A program made the position numbers and the translations under genes. A stretch of DNA of 64,000 bases from Antedon mediterranea (taxonomy: Eukaryota > Animalia > Echinodermata). The DNA lies in assembly GCF_964355755.1 (NCBI RefSeq), contig NC_092672.1, positions 32,742,437-32,806,436 of the forward strand, written 5' to 3'. Numbering within the stretch: the stretch's first letter is position 1; each line of letters starts with the position of its first letter. Shown in pieces: positions 48,401-59,506 of the stretch. Under the pieces are notes generated by a model, which worked only from the letters and a program-made list of their open reading frames with translations, ran no database searches and was not told the origin of the DNA.

Positions 48401-50019
48401 GCCACAGTATCCTAATGCTCTGAGAGCGATTTAATATTGTTTACTTTACATTTTTCAGTGTAAAAAACTAGCCGATTTGGTTCTGTGGAAGCCAGCGTTT
48501 TTTGGTGCTAAGCCAGATATGATTATCAAAGGTGGACAGATAGCCTGGGCTCAGATGGGTAAGATATAGTTTATGGAATTTATGAATCTTCCACAGACAT
48601 GGGGTGTGCACCAGTAGTGGATCTAGGTTCTCAAATTGCTACTGAACCTAATTTCCTATCATTTGCATATGCATTATGAATGCCCCTCTTCATATCTGTA
48701 GTAGATGTGCACATTGAACGCGGACATAATATGGAAGGCCTACACAAACTTCTATAGCCGTTTTCTGATATCCAGCACAAATTATACGATCAAAAAACAA
48801 TTATAATTGGAACATTTAATAATTATATTGTACACATATTGTTATTTGTATCCTAGGTATGCCAAACGCCTCGATTCCGACTCCAGAACCAGTAAAAATG
48901 CGAAAGATGTTTGGCGCTTACGGCAAATCAGTCGGTGAATCTTCAGTGATATTCGTATCCCAAGCCGCAGGTAGTGCAATCAAGGAAAAATATGGAATCA
49001 ACAAACGTGCCGAACCAGTTCGAGGGTAAAAAAACAAATTAAAATATAAACAGCCCCAATAAAAAATGTATATTTTACTGATTTGTTTTACATTTTTAAT
49101 AATTAATTTTTAATAATAACGCATAATTAACATAACAATAGTATTATACAGTAGTAGAAATTAAATACAATTAAATCTCTGTCTACACTATCAAACTTTA
49201 TGTGACAAAAATATGTGATGTGCCCATATATGGACATGATGATGATTGTCATAGCACTACCATATTTGGGAATATCACTAACATATTTGAGCACATCACA
49301 CTTTTTTGTCAAACTATTTTGATAGTGTAGACAGAGCTTAAGAAGACAATGATCATACAATAATACGTAATGCTACTGCTGATAAGCGGTCGGGGTGGAA
49401 TAATCAGGAGATATGCATGGACTTCCTAGGGCTGGAATATAATATGTGTTTGGGGTACAGAATTTGAAAGTTTTACTGTTCAGTTTTTACAATAATTCTA
49501 TTAATATTATATTGACGTTATATTTTACAGATGTCGGCATTTGACAAAACTTGACATGGTACTGAATAACTATCTTCCAGAAATTACTGGTATGTAAATA
49601 TGATACGATATAAATCCAAAAGCAAAATACTGAAAAATGACAATGCTGTGAGTATCAGTGGCTGGATCTCAATGGAGATACAAAAAAAAGCGAAAAACTA
49701 AATCAAAACGATAAAGTAAAACAGCCAGAAAAGTTAGCATAGCTTTCGGGCAACACTAGCCCTTCATCAGTGCACTATGATACGATATAATATACATTTT
49801 ATTGAAGAAGTATAACTTAAGACCGTGTTTCCGCATCCGTAACAAAAATTACTGAGTTTTTATACCATCTCTATTTTTTATTTTTCAGTGAATCCATCCA
49901 CGTACAAAGTACACGTTCGAGATCGAGTTGCCAGGGATGAGGAAGAAAAAGAACCAGAGCATTTGACTTGCCCTCCGGCCAATCGGTTGGCATTAGCTCA
50001 AAGATACTTCCTGTTTTGA
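30467..50019 (+). CDS. URE1: Single-chain (gamma-beta-alpha) urease, ~855 aa, 21 exons: 30467-30570+31376-31397 (split by MITE), 33545-33614, 37493-37683, 38328-38549, 38747-38826, 39891-39990, 40332-40412, 40815-40901, 41024-41149, 41551-41767, 42089-42193, 42786-42858, 43342-43489, 46273-46451, 47167-47281, 47617-47706, 47869-47967, 48459-48558, 48857-49025, 49531-49589, 49889-50019
   Basis: MKLSPRE start, [93 protein letters not shown]; exon sum 2568 nt in frame once the MITE is removed. Confidence 0.95.
30571..31368. mobile_element. MITE inserted in urease coding exon 1
   Basis: TIR TGTTATGCGCGATTTGAACGATTTGCGCAATTTGAAATTGCGCAA; 7-bp TSD CAGAGGC at 30564-30570 and 31369-31375; TTGCGCAA subterminal arrays. 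Confidence 0.92.
31847..32737. mobile_element. Merlin-like MITE (diverged second copy ~34780-35610)
   Basis: TIR GGCGCTAGTTCCGTTTCGCACCTG; 8-bp TSD CAGTAGTA. Confidence 0.85.
32808..33435. mobile_element. Kolobok-like MITE, copy 1
   Basis: TTAA flanks; TIR AG.CCC.TTCCCT. Confidence 0.75.
33956..34536. mobile_element. Kolobok-like MITE, copy 2 (same orientation as copy 1)
   Basis: Collinear similarity to 32808-33435; TTAA on left. Confidence 0.75.
34537..36981. mobile_element. TIR element hosting nested elements at ~34606-36663 and ~34780-35610
   Basis: Outer TIR ATAGAGTATCACGGTG..GCATGGTTGCTAGC; inner TIR ACAAAGTGCGAGGCAGCGAGGCA with flanking AAAAATG duplication. Confidence 0.7.
38973..39630 (-). 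mobile_element. 5'-truncated RTE-clade LINE fragment in urease intron 5
   Basis: [31 protein letters not shown] motifs; (GAGAT)n tail; 7-bp TSD TCAACAT. Confidence 0.85.
44021..45029. mobile_element. Harbinger-like MITE inside an older decayed element (~43760-46183)
   Basis: TIR TGGCCGTATTCACCAATC(A/T)CACTTA; CCCTTAA subterminal repeats. Confidence 0.75.
46375..47104 (+). repeat. 84-bp tandem repeat made from the 3' end of urease exon 14 and its splice donor
   Basis: GATAAGTAAGTAG at 46447, 46531, 46615, 46699, 46783, 46867, 46951, plus degenerate copies near 47024 and 47092. Confidence 0.95.
48064..48293. mobile_element. Short Kolobok-like MITE
   Basis: TTAA-AGATGCATTGTCC...GGACAATACATCT-TTAA. 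Confidence 0.65.
49614..49775 (-). mobile_element. 162-bp Penelope-like retro-insertion carrying a hammerhead motif
   Basis: 15-bp direct repeat TATGATACGATATAA at 49599-49613 and 49776-49790. Confidence 0.7.
49737..49773 (-). ncRNA. Minimal type I hammerhead ribozyme motif
   Basis: GCA-CUGAUGA-A-GGGC(UAGUGUU)GCCC-GAAA-GC-UA-UGC: core, stem II, palindromic stem III, 3-bp stem I. Confidence 0.7.
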
Positions 50020-51069
50020 ACGATATTTTTGTTGGAATTATTAATAGATATGACATCATTGTATTGAGCATAGCTTTCAATTACATTTCAATTATGTTGT
50101 ATAAAAATTATCTGGGGATTCGAAGTTGTTTTTATATTACATAATGTGACAAATTGTTCATATGAAAGTATATACTGTAAAACCCCTCCTTTGGGACACC
50201 CCTGTTTAGGGGACATTTTAAGGAGGTTATACTATAATTGGTATTTGCACGGTTTAAGTGTGCTTGCATGCAACAATTGTATCATGTATGACCATATAAG
50301 AAATGTACGTACATGAGAGTATACCTACTGTATTGGTTAGATACAGTGTAATCTTATAAATATCTAGCTCTACATATTTGATTGCATATTCGTAGAATAA
50401 TATTGATATTAAATATCCAATACTCAGATGTTTCAATTGCTTGATATAACTGTATATCGGTGGTGAAGAACTACATTAAAAGCAAGTAGTGGAGCATTAT
50501 AAACTATAATATTAGACTGCAACTGACATACATTGTATGACAAATAAAAATAAAATAATTATTATATTACTGTTAAAACACAAGAATGTAGATGAATTTT
50601 TATTGTAACAAATTAAAGTGGAATACCAGAGTATAAATACATTCCTTTTGTATTTACAATAGGAATTTAAACGCGTGCCTAATAATCGACATCGCTTATT
50701 TCTTTTACTACTGGCCAATCACATGTCGACTTTTGTTGACGTCACTGGCATTGAATGGTGGCGGGATAGTTATAAACTCTTCAGAAAGTATGGTGTGTGG
50801 AAAACAACGTCTATCCCCTGCGTCTGCTCAGTAAAAGTCAAGGAATTACGTTGTTTTCATGATAAAAGCCCTGGAATATATGGATATCAGGGAAAAGTGT
50901 AGGCAACGATTGAATTTCAAGGCAACGCACGTACAATACATCCAAACAGTACAAAAAATGTAAGTATGCCTAGGCCTAGGCTCATAGAGTAGTAGCAATT
51001 AATAACAGAAGTAGTAGTGGTAGGTGGTGAATAAGTACGAGTTCTACAATGTGACCTAGGCTAATTAAA

Positions 51070-51105
<36 letters not shown>

Positions 51106-51250
51106 TTCATTTCATCACATACATAATACAAAATTAATATATAAAGGCAACGTAACTATTAAAACGATATAATACTCTCTCAAAAATAAGAGAGTAATGA
51201 AATTAAAGAAAAAAAAAAATAATGTATCGCAAAAATACACTTAATAATAA

Positions 51251-52313
51251 TCATTTTGCTAATAATATGGTTGCCTTGTATTTTTGGTAAATGTGAAATA
51301 AATGATTATAATTAAGTAATTGTTTTTTGATTTTGCAACTAAATATGTACCACTTTGTAATTAAAATTAAAATGTTTGCATCACTGTGTGTTTTTCCAAA
51401 ACCAAAACATATACTTTCTTTGGTGATAATTAAGTTATTGTTGATATTTCGATACATATATTGTTTTACATTTTCCCAAATGTTCTTTACCAGATCACAT
51501 TCAAAGAACATATGTAGCAGTGTTTCCTGCTTTTCCTTGCAAAAACTACACATTGGTGAATCGACCTTTGACATCTTAAAGAGCATTGTATTTGTATAAA
51601 TTATACGATGAATAAATTTAAATTGAACATTTTTTAGCTTAGTGTCATTTGTACAGGCGTGTAAATTTGAGAAAAGGTTTTTCCAATTAAGTTTGTTGTC
51701 AAACTCCTTTTCCCATTTGGATTCAATTCCAATTGGCTCTTCAACATTTTTTAATATAATGTGTTTATAGATATAATGACAATTTCTCGTTTTCACAGAA
51801 ATGAATGTCTGCAATTTGGATTCAACTTCATTCGTTGTGTTTATACCTTGTTCAATTAATTTCTGTTTCCAGAGCTTTGGAATTGAATTTACAATCTGGT
51901 GATATAATAAGAAGTCTGGTTTAAAATTATATTTTTGGTTAAATTCGTCTAGTTCTAATATTTTCCCTTCTTTGTTCACGATATCTTTTACATAGTTTAC
52001 ATTTTTAACCAACCAATTTTTTTCAACTTTAAATTCTCTTTTATCAAAACATGAGTTGTTCCATAAAGATTGATTTAAGATGTCCTCTATCGTATACGGT
52101 TCTACAAAATTGTATTCACTCCACGCAGAGAGTATATCTTTATGGAACCTTTCAAATTGTTTTAATATTTTTGAAGATTTAGAAAAGTTGGTTTCGAAAA
52201 CAATATTTCCTCCAACCTTTTTAATCTTACTTTTTAAAAACACTTTCCACTTGGATTGATTTCCATCAAGATATCTTTTCACCCAACATGATTTGAGAGA
52301 TGTACAGTAACTC
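51251..52313 (-). CDS. LINE ORF2 C-terminal part (zf-RVT zinc finger)
   Basis: CSFCKEKQETLLHMFFEC; joins the N-terminal part in frame as LKIPHIKSYCTSLKSCWVKRYL. Confidence 0.88.
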
Positions 52314-53045
52314 TTAAAATGGATATGAAAGGGTTCCTAGCAATATCATTTTATTGGCTCAACGTGTAGATCAATCAGTTTTAAGCTTGCCATAGTCATA
52401 CTTAATGTTTTGGAGGACGACAACGCCCTCAAAACGCCCCTGAGAAACCTGTGAAAAACTTTTTGTGACGTCACTAAAAGTTATTTTTGTATTACAGAGA
52501 TAGGAATTTAGCAGTAAATCATTGATTGATGCAAAAGCATGGTAGTAATTACTTATCGCTTTGATATTTTTATTCTTGGATAAGTATGTTAGCCTAATCG
52601 AATAAAATTAATTCATATTATCACCCATGTTTTTTTTTAAACGGATTTTAATTTCGTTTTTCAAGGCCACCTTTTACGAAATTCATAGCCAAATCAGGGC
52701 CAAATGCCTATCTTGCTGGGTACACGGAGTTATTTTGCGCATGCGTGAGAATCACAGAGTCGATCACACCTTGGCCTCTCTCTCGACCCTCCTCTCGCGA
52801 GCGATGTTTATTTCGCTATTTATTATACACGTATTATTGAAACATTCATTTTATTATTATTTCGTTGTAATTAACTGAAATTGATGGAAATTCGTCCACA
52901 TCGTCTTGTTAACACTAACATCGTTTTGAAGAAACGGTTGGACGAGTAAATGGTGTTTGACAATGCCATGGCCTGGAGCTAGCTAGCCTACCTAGGTCTT
53001 TTTAGTAGTGATGACTGCTGGATACGGTGTTTAGTCGCCCGGCCA

Positions 53046-53420
53046 GCGTGTTTTTTTTTTCCAGGACGAACGTGGGCAGAAGTCATGAATAATTCATTAC
53101 CTTACTTATTTTCTATTATAAAGAATTGAAAGATAGCTGATCTACTTCCTAAATATACTAAACCTAACCCTCTAAATAATCTCTCTCAACTATTAAAAAA
53201 AACATGTTCATGAAAGACCTCGAACCGAGGGCTTCAGCGTAATAGGTTAAAGCCTTTACCACTAGACCAAACATTTCGGTTGGCAAACGTTGTTTACACT
53301 AATTATTTAATCTCTCTGCATTCTTATATAGCGCCCTCTATAATGTTCCCTATTATGTCATAATTAATCATGAATTATTCATGATTCTGCCCACGTTCGT
53401 CCTGGAAAAAAAAATTACGC
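53046..53420. mobile_element. MULE-like MITE (partial inverted copy at ~29497-29730)
   Basis: TIR GCGT..TTTTCCAGGACGAACGTGGGCAGAA; 9-bp TSD GCCCGGCCA. Confidence 0.85.
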
Positions 53421-54487
53421 GCCCGGCCAGAGGTGAGAGAGCGTATGCTCCTTGATGTATCGTTGAGGGTGTTAATGGCAGGCACAATTGTGTTACCGTA
53501 TTATGTATATACACATTATTTATAAGTACGTTTATTAATATTGTTGTGTGCTGTAGTGTCCTGACTCTAACGCATTATTAAAATATTTTTTTGTTAGTAC
53601 ATGCCGCCCTAGCTAGGCTAGGCAACACTGAATACTAAATATTAGGATTCCCAATAAAATGAATAAAGGTGGATTTTCTCTAATGTAGTAATAACGCTTA
53701 TAACAGGCCAGGCCTAGTTAGGGGTATTTGAGCTTGTATCATATACAGTAAATAAACAATTCATTTGTATTTATACCTACCAACGGGTCTATAATTGGAG
53801 TGCAACTATGATAATTGATGGACGGGATAAGCAAATGTATTTATTGATAGGAATGGAAGCACAAATTATAATATTAAGGTAACAGATACTGAGCATTGCT
53901 ATTTTAAACTGATCAAACCTACATAATACATTATACTAAATTATTATTTTGTTTTGAGGGCAGATAAACATGTGCTTATTCATTTTCATTTTTTCAGGTG
54001 AATAGAAAGAAAGATGCCCAGCGTACTTTATAATAGATGCTACTTGGATCATGCTTGCACGATACATTTATGCAGTATACCAAGACACCAAGTATAGAAT
54101 GAGCGCAGACAATTAAAATTACAGAACTAAATATTTATGAAGAATACTAGTAAAATATGCATAATAGTCATACTGTAACTATGGTAATGTACTACCAGAC
54201 AGTACACTAGTAGCAGTGCATCATATAGTGTTTGTTTTTAACCATCTAAATGGGTCTGGGTATATAAACAAATAAACCACTACTGTACTTCTTTTTTTAT
54301 TTATTTAGCCAAATACTATGTACAATGGACATTTATGAAAGAATCCATCTCTTGAATATGATGGAGCTGGCTGGTGTAGATAGAATTAAAATGTATCACT
54401 CAGGTCTCAAATGTAATTTATGTCCCGTTTGAAAAATCCTGCTTGTAGACAGGTTCCATTTCTCAAAAAACGGCCTAGAAAACGAAT

Positions 54488-57400
54488 CAAGAAGCATTTT
54501 TGGGTAGAAGCTGGGATCCACTTGATTTAGGATATTTCGACCTCACTGATTACGAATATGGCGGATCCCAAGCGAAATTCGGCCATCTAAGCCCTTAATT
54601 TGCATAATTAAAAATGGCGGCCATTTTTTATAATTACCCTATATCTCGAGAACCACTAGTCACAGATAATTAATTTTGGTTTCAAAATGTTTTAAATATA
54701 TGTTTTTATATTCACTTTAATGACACATTTTCTCAAAAAATGGATGCAAGTCTTATTTCTGACATTTTGACCTTTGACCTTGATTTATCGTATCTCAGTA
54801 ACCAATAATCGGAGAGACACGAAATAGGGCTCAAATTGTTCAGAAACTATACATTCATATTTATTATAATGAAATGTTTTTACAAAAAATGGCCGATTCT
54901 ACAACTATTGACCTTTGAACTATTAGTCAAATATAAAAATATAATAATAATATAACTTTGAAAATTGTGGTCTTATGAATTTTGTTTTTGTTTTAAATTG
55001 TTTAAAACATGTGTGTTTCTATCCAGTCTAATGGCACATTTTGTACAAGAATAGCCGATAGTATGGTTATTGACCTTTAAACTACAGCATAGGCCTACTG
55101 TATACTAAATATAATTGCATATCTATGAAATTATTTATACACAATAATAATTAGTAAAATTATAAAATTCACTGCCATCAAATATGATGTATTATGATTT
55201 ATATAGATTTAAAAAAATTTGAACACGCAAGTTACATTTGTTGAAATTTGAAATTACCTGCCATCAATATGATGGAGTATGATTATAGATTTTTTTTAAT
55301 GTGAACATGTCAGCTACATTTGGAAATTACCTGCCATCAATATGATGGATTATGATTATAGATTTAAAAAAGAATTTGAACACGTAAGCTACATTTGAAA
55401 ATTACCTGCACCATCAATATGATAGATTATGATTATAGATTTAAAAAAAGAATTGTAGCACGTCAGCTACATTTGGAAATTTGGAAATTACCTGCTATCA
55501 ATATGATGGATTATGATTGTATAGATTTAAAAGAAAATGTGGACACGTAAGCTACATTTGAAAATTACCTGCCATCAATATGATGGATTATGATTATAGA
55601 TTTAAAAAAGAATTTGAACACGTCAGCTACATTTGGAAATTACCTGCCATCAATATGATGGATTATGATTGTATAGGTTTGAAAGAAAATGTGAACACGT
55701 AAGCTACATTTGGAATGAACATGTTAAGGGCATCAGTTTTGATCATTCATGCAAAGGTTTCCGTCATCTTTAGCGTTGTTACAGCGGCATAAAGCTGTAC
55801 ATGGTAGTTTTGACTTCTTGCACCTACATCTATTGGTTATGCATCGTGTTTTGCGTCCACAATAAATCATCTCTAACGAAAGAGTAGGAATAGCTTCATT
55901 TTTCAGAAGCACTGGTTGAAGTTTACCATTAGATAGCTCCCAACCAAAATCTGTTGGTGATGGCAAATGCTGGATATTGGCGATACAGCTTTTTTCCATA
56001 CGAGTGCTTGGAAGTGTGCTCTTTTTATATGTTGGTGCACTGCATAGCTTGTTGGAGGTAATGCCCCTGGTTTGTTTTTTTTTAAACATGGCATGCCAAA
56101 CTTCATTGGTACTTTTAACTTGACCAACACCGTAAACGTAACAAATGAATCTTTCCGATTTCATAATAACTTGGTCACTGATAGGTTTCTCCCAGGTCTT
56201 TAATTAGTTCATAATTTTTGTTTAATACTTCCCATGCCGATGCCTTTGAGTGACCACTTAGATATGAGCAGGGAAGAGTTAAATTACTGTATGTATGTAT
56301 TAATGTAATTTAACTCTTCCCTGGATATGAGGTAGTATCGCATCCACTAATAGTGTGGAATGGAATCAGTGCTTTTGCAGAACCATCCGGCAAGGCTTGA
56401 AAAATGTCTTTTATAGATACTTTCTTTTTTTGGATGTCCCTGTCATCATCCATTTGGATACCATGCTTTGGTAGTGAGACACTAGAATCACTAGTACGTC
56501 TGTATCCCTAGAAGCAACTACAACTGTGTCGTATCGGACATTGGCAGCATGACAAGTCGCGTGTCCGCTTCTTCATGATCTGCTACCAGAGACAACGTAT
56601 TCGTGTAGACTTTTGATGATTTAACAACTGATTCTTCCATAAATCCACCAGCTGTGACAATTTCTTTGTCTATAGGAGCTTGGCAAATCAACTCCTCTGA
56701 TAGAAATCGTGCCAGATCTGCTTTATTTTCTTGTAATGCCAAAAAGTTCGACCAGCAATTTGGCTGGCTGTGTTTTGGTTCATCTTTGTCTGGTGGTGTC
56801 CTTTATCGACAGTTTTAAGTTAGGCATGCCATGTTTTAAAAAAAAACAAAACCAGAGGCATACCTCCAACAAGCTATGCAGTGCACCAGCATATAAAAAG
56901 AGCACACTTCCAATCACTCGTATGGAAAAAAGCTGTATCGTCAATCCAGCATTTGCCATTACCAACATATTTTGGTTGGGAGCTATCTAATGGTAAACTT
57001 CAACCAGTGCTTCTGAAAAATGAAGCTATTCCTACTTCGTTAGAGATGATTTATTGTGGATGCAAGACACGATGCATAACCATATAGATGTAGGTGCAAG
57101 AAGTCAAAACTACCATATACAGCTTTATGCTGCTGTAGCAAAGGCTAAAGATGACGGAAACCTTTGCATGAATGATCAAAACTGATGCCCTTAACATGTT
57201 CATTCCAAATGTAGCTTACGTGTTCACATTTTCTTTCAAACCTATACAATCATAATCCATCATATTGATGGCAGGTAATTTCCAAATTTCCAAATGTAGC
57301 TGACGTGTTCAAATTGTTTTTTAAATCTATAATCATAATCCATCATATTGATGGCAGGTAATTTTCAAATGTAGCTTACGTGTTCACATCTTTAAAAATC

Positions 57401-58339
57401 TATAATCATAATCCATCATATTGATGGCAGGTAATTTTCAAATGTAGCTTACGTGTTCACATTTTCTTTCAAACCTATACAATCATAATCCATCATATTG
57501 ATAGCAGGTAATTTCCAAATTTCCAAATGTAGCTGACGTGTTCAAATTCTTTTTTAAATCTATAATCATAATCCATCATATTGATGGCAGGTAATTTCCA
57601 AATGTTGCTGACATGTTCACATCTTTAAAAATCTATAATCATACTCCATCATATTGATAGCAGGTAATTTCCAAATGTAACTTGCATGTTCATTTTTTTT
57701 TAAATCTACATAAATCATAATACATCATATTTGATGGCAGTGAATTTTATAATTTTACTAAATTATTATTGTGTATAAATAATTTCATAGTTATGCAATT
57801 ATATTATATTTATTATACAGTAGGTCTATGCTGTAGTTCAAAGGTCAATAACCATATGTCATAAGACCAACATTTTCAGAGTTATATTATTATATTTGAC
57901 TAATAGTTCAAAGGTCAATAGTTGTAGAATCGGCCATTTTTTTGTAAAAACATTTCATTATAATAAATATGAATGTATAGTTTCTGAACAATTTGAGCCC
58001 TATTTCGTGTCTCTCCGATTATTGGTTACTGAGATACGATAAATCAAGGTCAAAGGTCAAAATGTCATAAATAAGATTTGCATCCATTTTTTGAGAAAAT
58101 GTGTCATTAAAGTGAATATAAAAACATATATTTAAAACATTTTGACACCAAAATAAATTATCTGTGACTAGTGGTTCTCGAGATATAAGGTAATTATAAA
58201 AAATGGCCGCCATTTTTAATTATGCAAATTAAGGGCTTAGATGGCCGAATTTCGCTTGGGATCCGCAATATTCGTAATCAGCGAGGTCGAAATATCCTAA
58301 ATCAAGTGGATCCCAGCTTCTACCCAAAAATGCTTCTTG
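54488..58339. mobile_element. Foldback AcademX-like relic with ~1.5-1.6-kb inverted arms
   Basis: 54488-~56103 is the reverse complement of ~56816-58339; both arms contain ~80-bp tandem repeats and the ORF 3' end. Confidence 0.75.
55733..56800 (-). pseudogene. Frameshifted AcademX-type transposase C-terminus (XPG-like nuclease and Cys8/CXC finger)
   Basis: ENKADLARFL, DHEEADTRL, LPPT..HIKRAH.Q..W, GW, C.....C....C.C.K..L.CT..C.C across several frames. Confidence 0.7.
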
Positions 58340-59506
58340 CACCATATTTCAGAGGAAATAGAACTTGTCTATTGTTCCAAACTCATTATGATACATTTGT
58401 TCAATAAAATTACTTCCACACACTATTTCTGCCATATAATTTGTTGATGTTTACAATTTTATTACTAGTACTATTACAGTTCTTCAAAGCCATCTCATGT
58501 ACTGTTGATTCCATAAATCTGCAAAGATAAGACCAATAAATGGATGGAAATGTACTATTATTTTTATTCAATCCTACCTAGGCCCTATAGTATTATATTT
58601 TATGACTTGGTAACAAACAGAAAGAGGTTATTATTTAATTACAGTTACTAACTAAACTATAATAATCCTCTCTGCCTCACCTCTGCTCTACTTTAATTAT
58701 TAGTATTATTATAATATACTGTATTACTATATTATTATTAGTCAATAACAAGTCAGAGCCAAAAACAAGTTCAACACAAGCTTACCTTTTTTATTTACGT
58801 CGCCTTTTACATACGTCTACGCCCGCGCCTTGTCCACTTCCTGGAGGTTCATCGGTGGACCGGCGACTACTACTCTCTTGTACTGTAGGCCATGGAGTAA
58901 CTCCATGTGTAGGCCTGGCCTGGCCTAGCCTAGTAGTATATTACTAGCGAATTTAGAAGAAACTATAGTCTACTAGACCTAGCCTAATTTGTAGTCTGCG
59001 TGAGTGGTTTAGTGTGAGATGTACAAATACACACTTTCTTCTTTTCACGTACAATCTTTGCAGACATAACTTTTTATTGATTTGTGAAATATCGATATTT
59101 TCTACGACTGCAGCAACAGGGAGCTTGCAACACGTGAGTCTCGTGTAGGATGGGTTTGTTTATTTTGTTTACACCACACAGTCCGCGAACGAGACAAGGC
59201 GGTGATTGGACTGTATTAAAATTCATTAACCAATCACAAAACGACTGCTGCCGTGGCTACAACCCCGGGTGTTTCAAACTCTAAATTTGACGATCTCGTA
59301 CGTGCGTATAGAACGTTCATAAAAATTAAGATGGCGTGGCAGTTAGTCGGCCATTTTGCGGACGTTTTATACCAAAATTTAATTTGTTTATTTCTCAAGT
59401 TCTACTAGGTATTTGAATCTAATTTTTTGTGTGCTGTTTATTAACATTAAAAGGATTCATACAAAGTCATTTTTGTGAAATTTTAAAATCCTTTCATATC
59501 CATTTT

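Larger units (their letters stand above)
52318..59506. mobile_element. 7.2-kb Kolobok-like DNA transposon derivative
   Basis: TTAA TSD at 52314-52317 and 59507-59510; TIR AATGGATATGAAAGG; purine termini unlike piggyBac CCC. Confidence 0.8.

Noticed and set aside
30467-50019. Bacterial contamination or recent HGT of a ure operon
   Set aside because: 20 spliceosomal introns, fused single chain, His-rich eukaryotic UreG, host-like composition
53997-54110. Decayed THAP-like exon of the Kolobok-like element
   Set aside because: Only a vague resemblance with stops; not supportable without a profile search
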